A DNA stretch of 64,000 nt from Squalus acanthias (Eukaryota), in NCBI GenBank assembly GCA_030390025.1, contig CM059432.1, positions 129,396,001 through 129,460,000 of the forward strand, written 5' to 3'. A model generated the notes under the pieces. The model was not told where the DNA came from. It worked only from the letters and a program-made list of their open reading frames with translations, and made no database searches. Both the position numbers and the translations under genes were made by a program. Below, one piece after another: positions 63,711 to 64,000 of the stretch (position 1 is the stretch's first letter; every line of letters starts with the position of its first letter).

Positions 63711-64000
63711 TCATAGAATTATAGAATAGTTACAGCACGGAAGAAGGCCATTCGGCCCGTTGTGCCCGTGCCGGCGCTCTGCAAGAGCACTTCAGCTAGT
63801 CCCACTCCCCCACCCTTTCCCCGTTGCCCTGCAAATTTCTTTCCTTCAGATACTTATCCAACTCCCTTTTGAAAGCCGTGATTGAATCTGCCTCCACCAC
63901 CCTTTCAGGCAGTGCATTCCAGATCCTAACAACTTGCTGAGTAAAAAAGTTTTTTCTTACGTCGCCTTTGGTTCATTTGCCAATCACCTTAAATCTGTGT
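63711..64000 (-). mobile_element. CR1 3' end running off the window
   Basis: Close rc match to 21570-21868. Confidence 0.92.

Noticed and set aside
1..64000. CRISPR arrays, rRNA genes, prokaryotic operons
   Set aside because: No regularly spaced direct repeats or rRNA signatures; the content is vertebrate interspersed repeats.

Overview
Eukaryotic, repeat-dense DNA with no recognisable host coding exon; probably intronic or intergenic. The repeat inventory points to a cartilaginous fish such as a shark (inference): CR1 and L2 LINE fragments, an HE1/V-domain SINE, Deu-domain SINEs, Penelope-like pLTRs with minimal hammerhead ribozymes, and many PIF/Harbinger elements. Main contents: (i) two near-complete but mutated two-gene Harbinger transposons (28637-33129 and 46912-51084), each with a spliced Myb/SANT-like gene converging on a HARBI1-type DDE transposase; the first keeps an uninterrupted 353-aa ORF with all three catalytic residues; (ii) older Harbinger relics and about 10 GC-rich non-autonomous derivatives/MITEs with readable 3-bp TSDs, mostly AAT; (iii) a very young Penelope-type insertion at 4513-5206 forming a 234-bp near-perfect palindrome with a 13-bp TSD and two mirror hammerhead motifs; (iv) a five-layer nest at 60455-63557 (SINE > MITE > Harbinger derivative > CR1 > solo LTR) and a triple CR1 nest at 53355-57300. 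Most short ORFs in the supplied track are spurious or TE fragments. Family names come from recalled motifs, not database searches; boundaries without a TSD are approximate.
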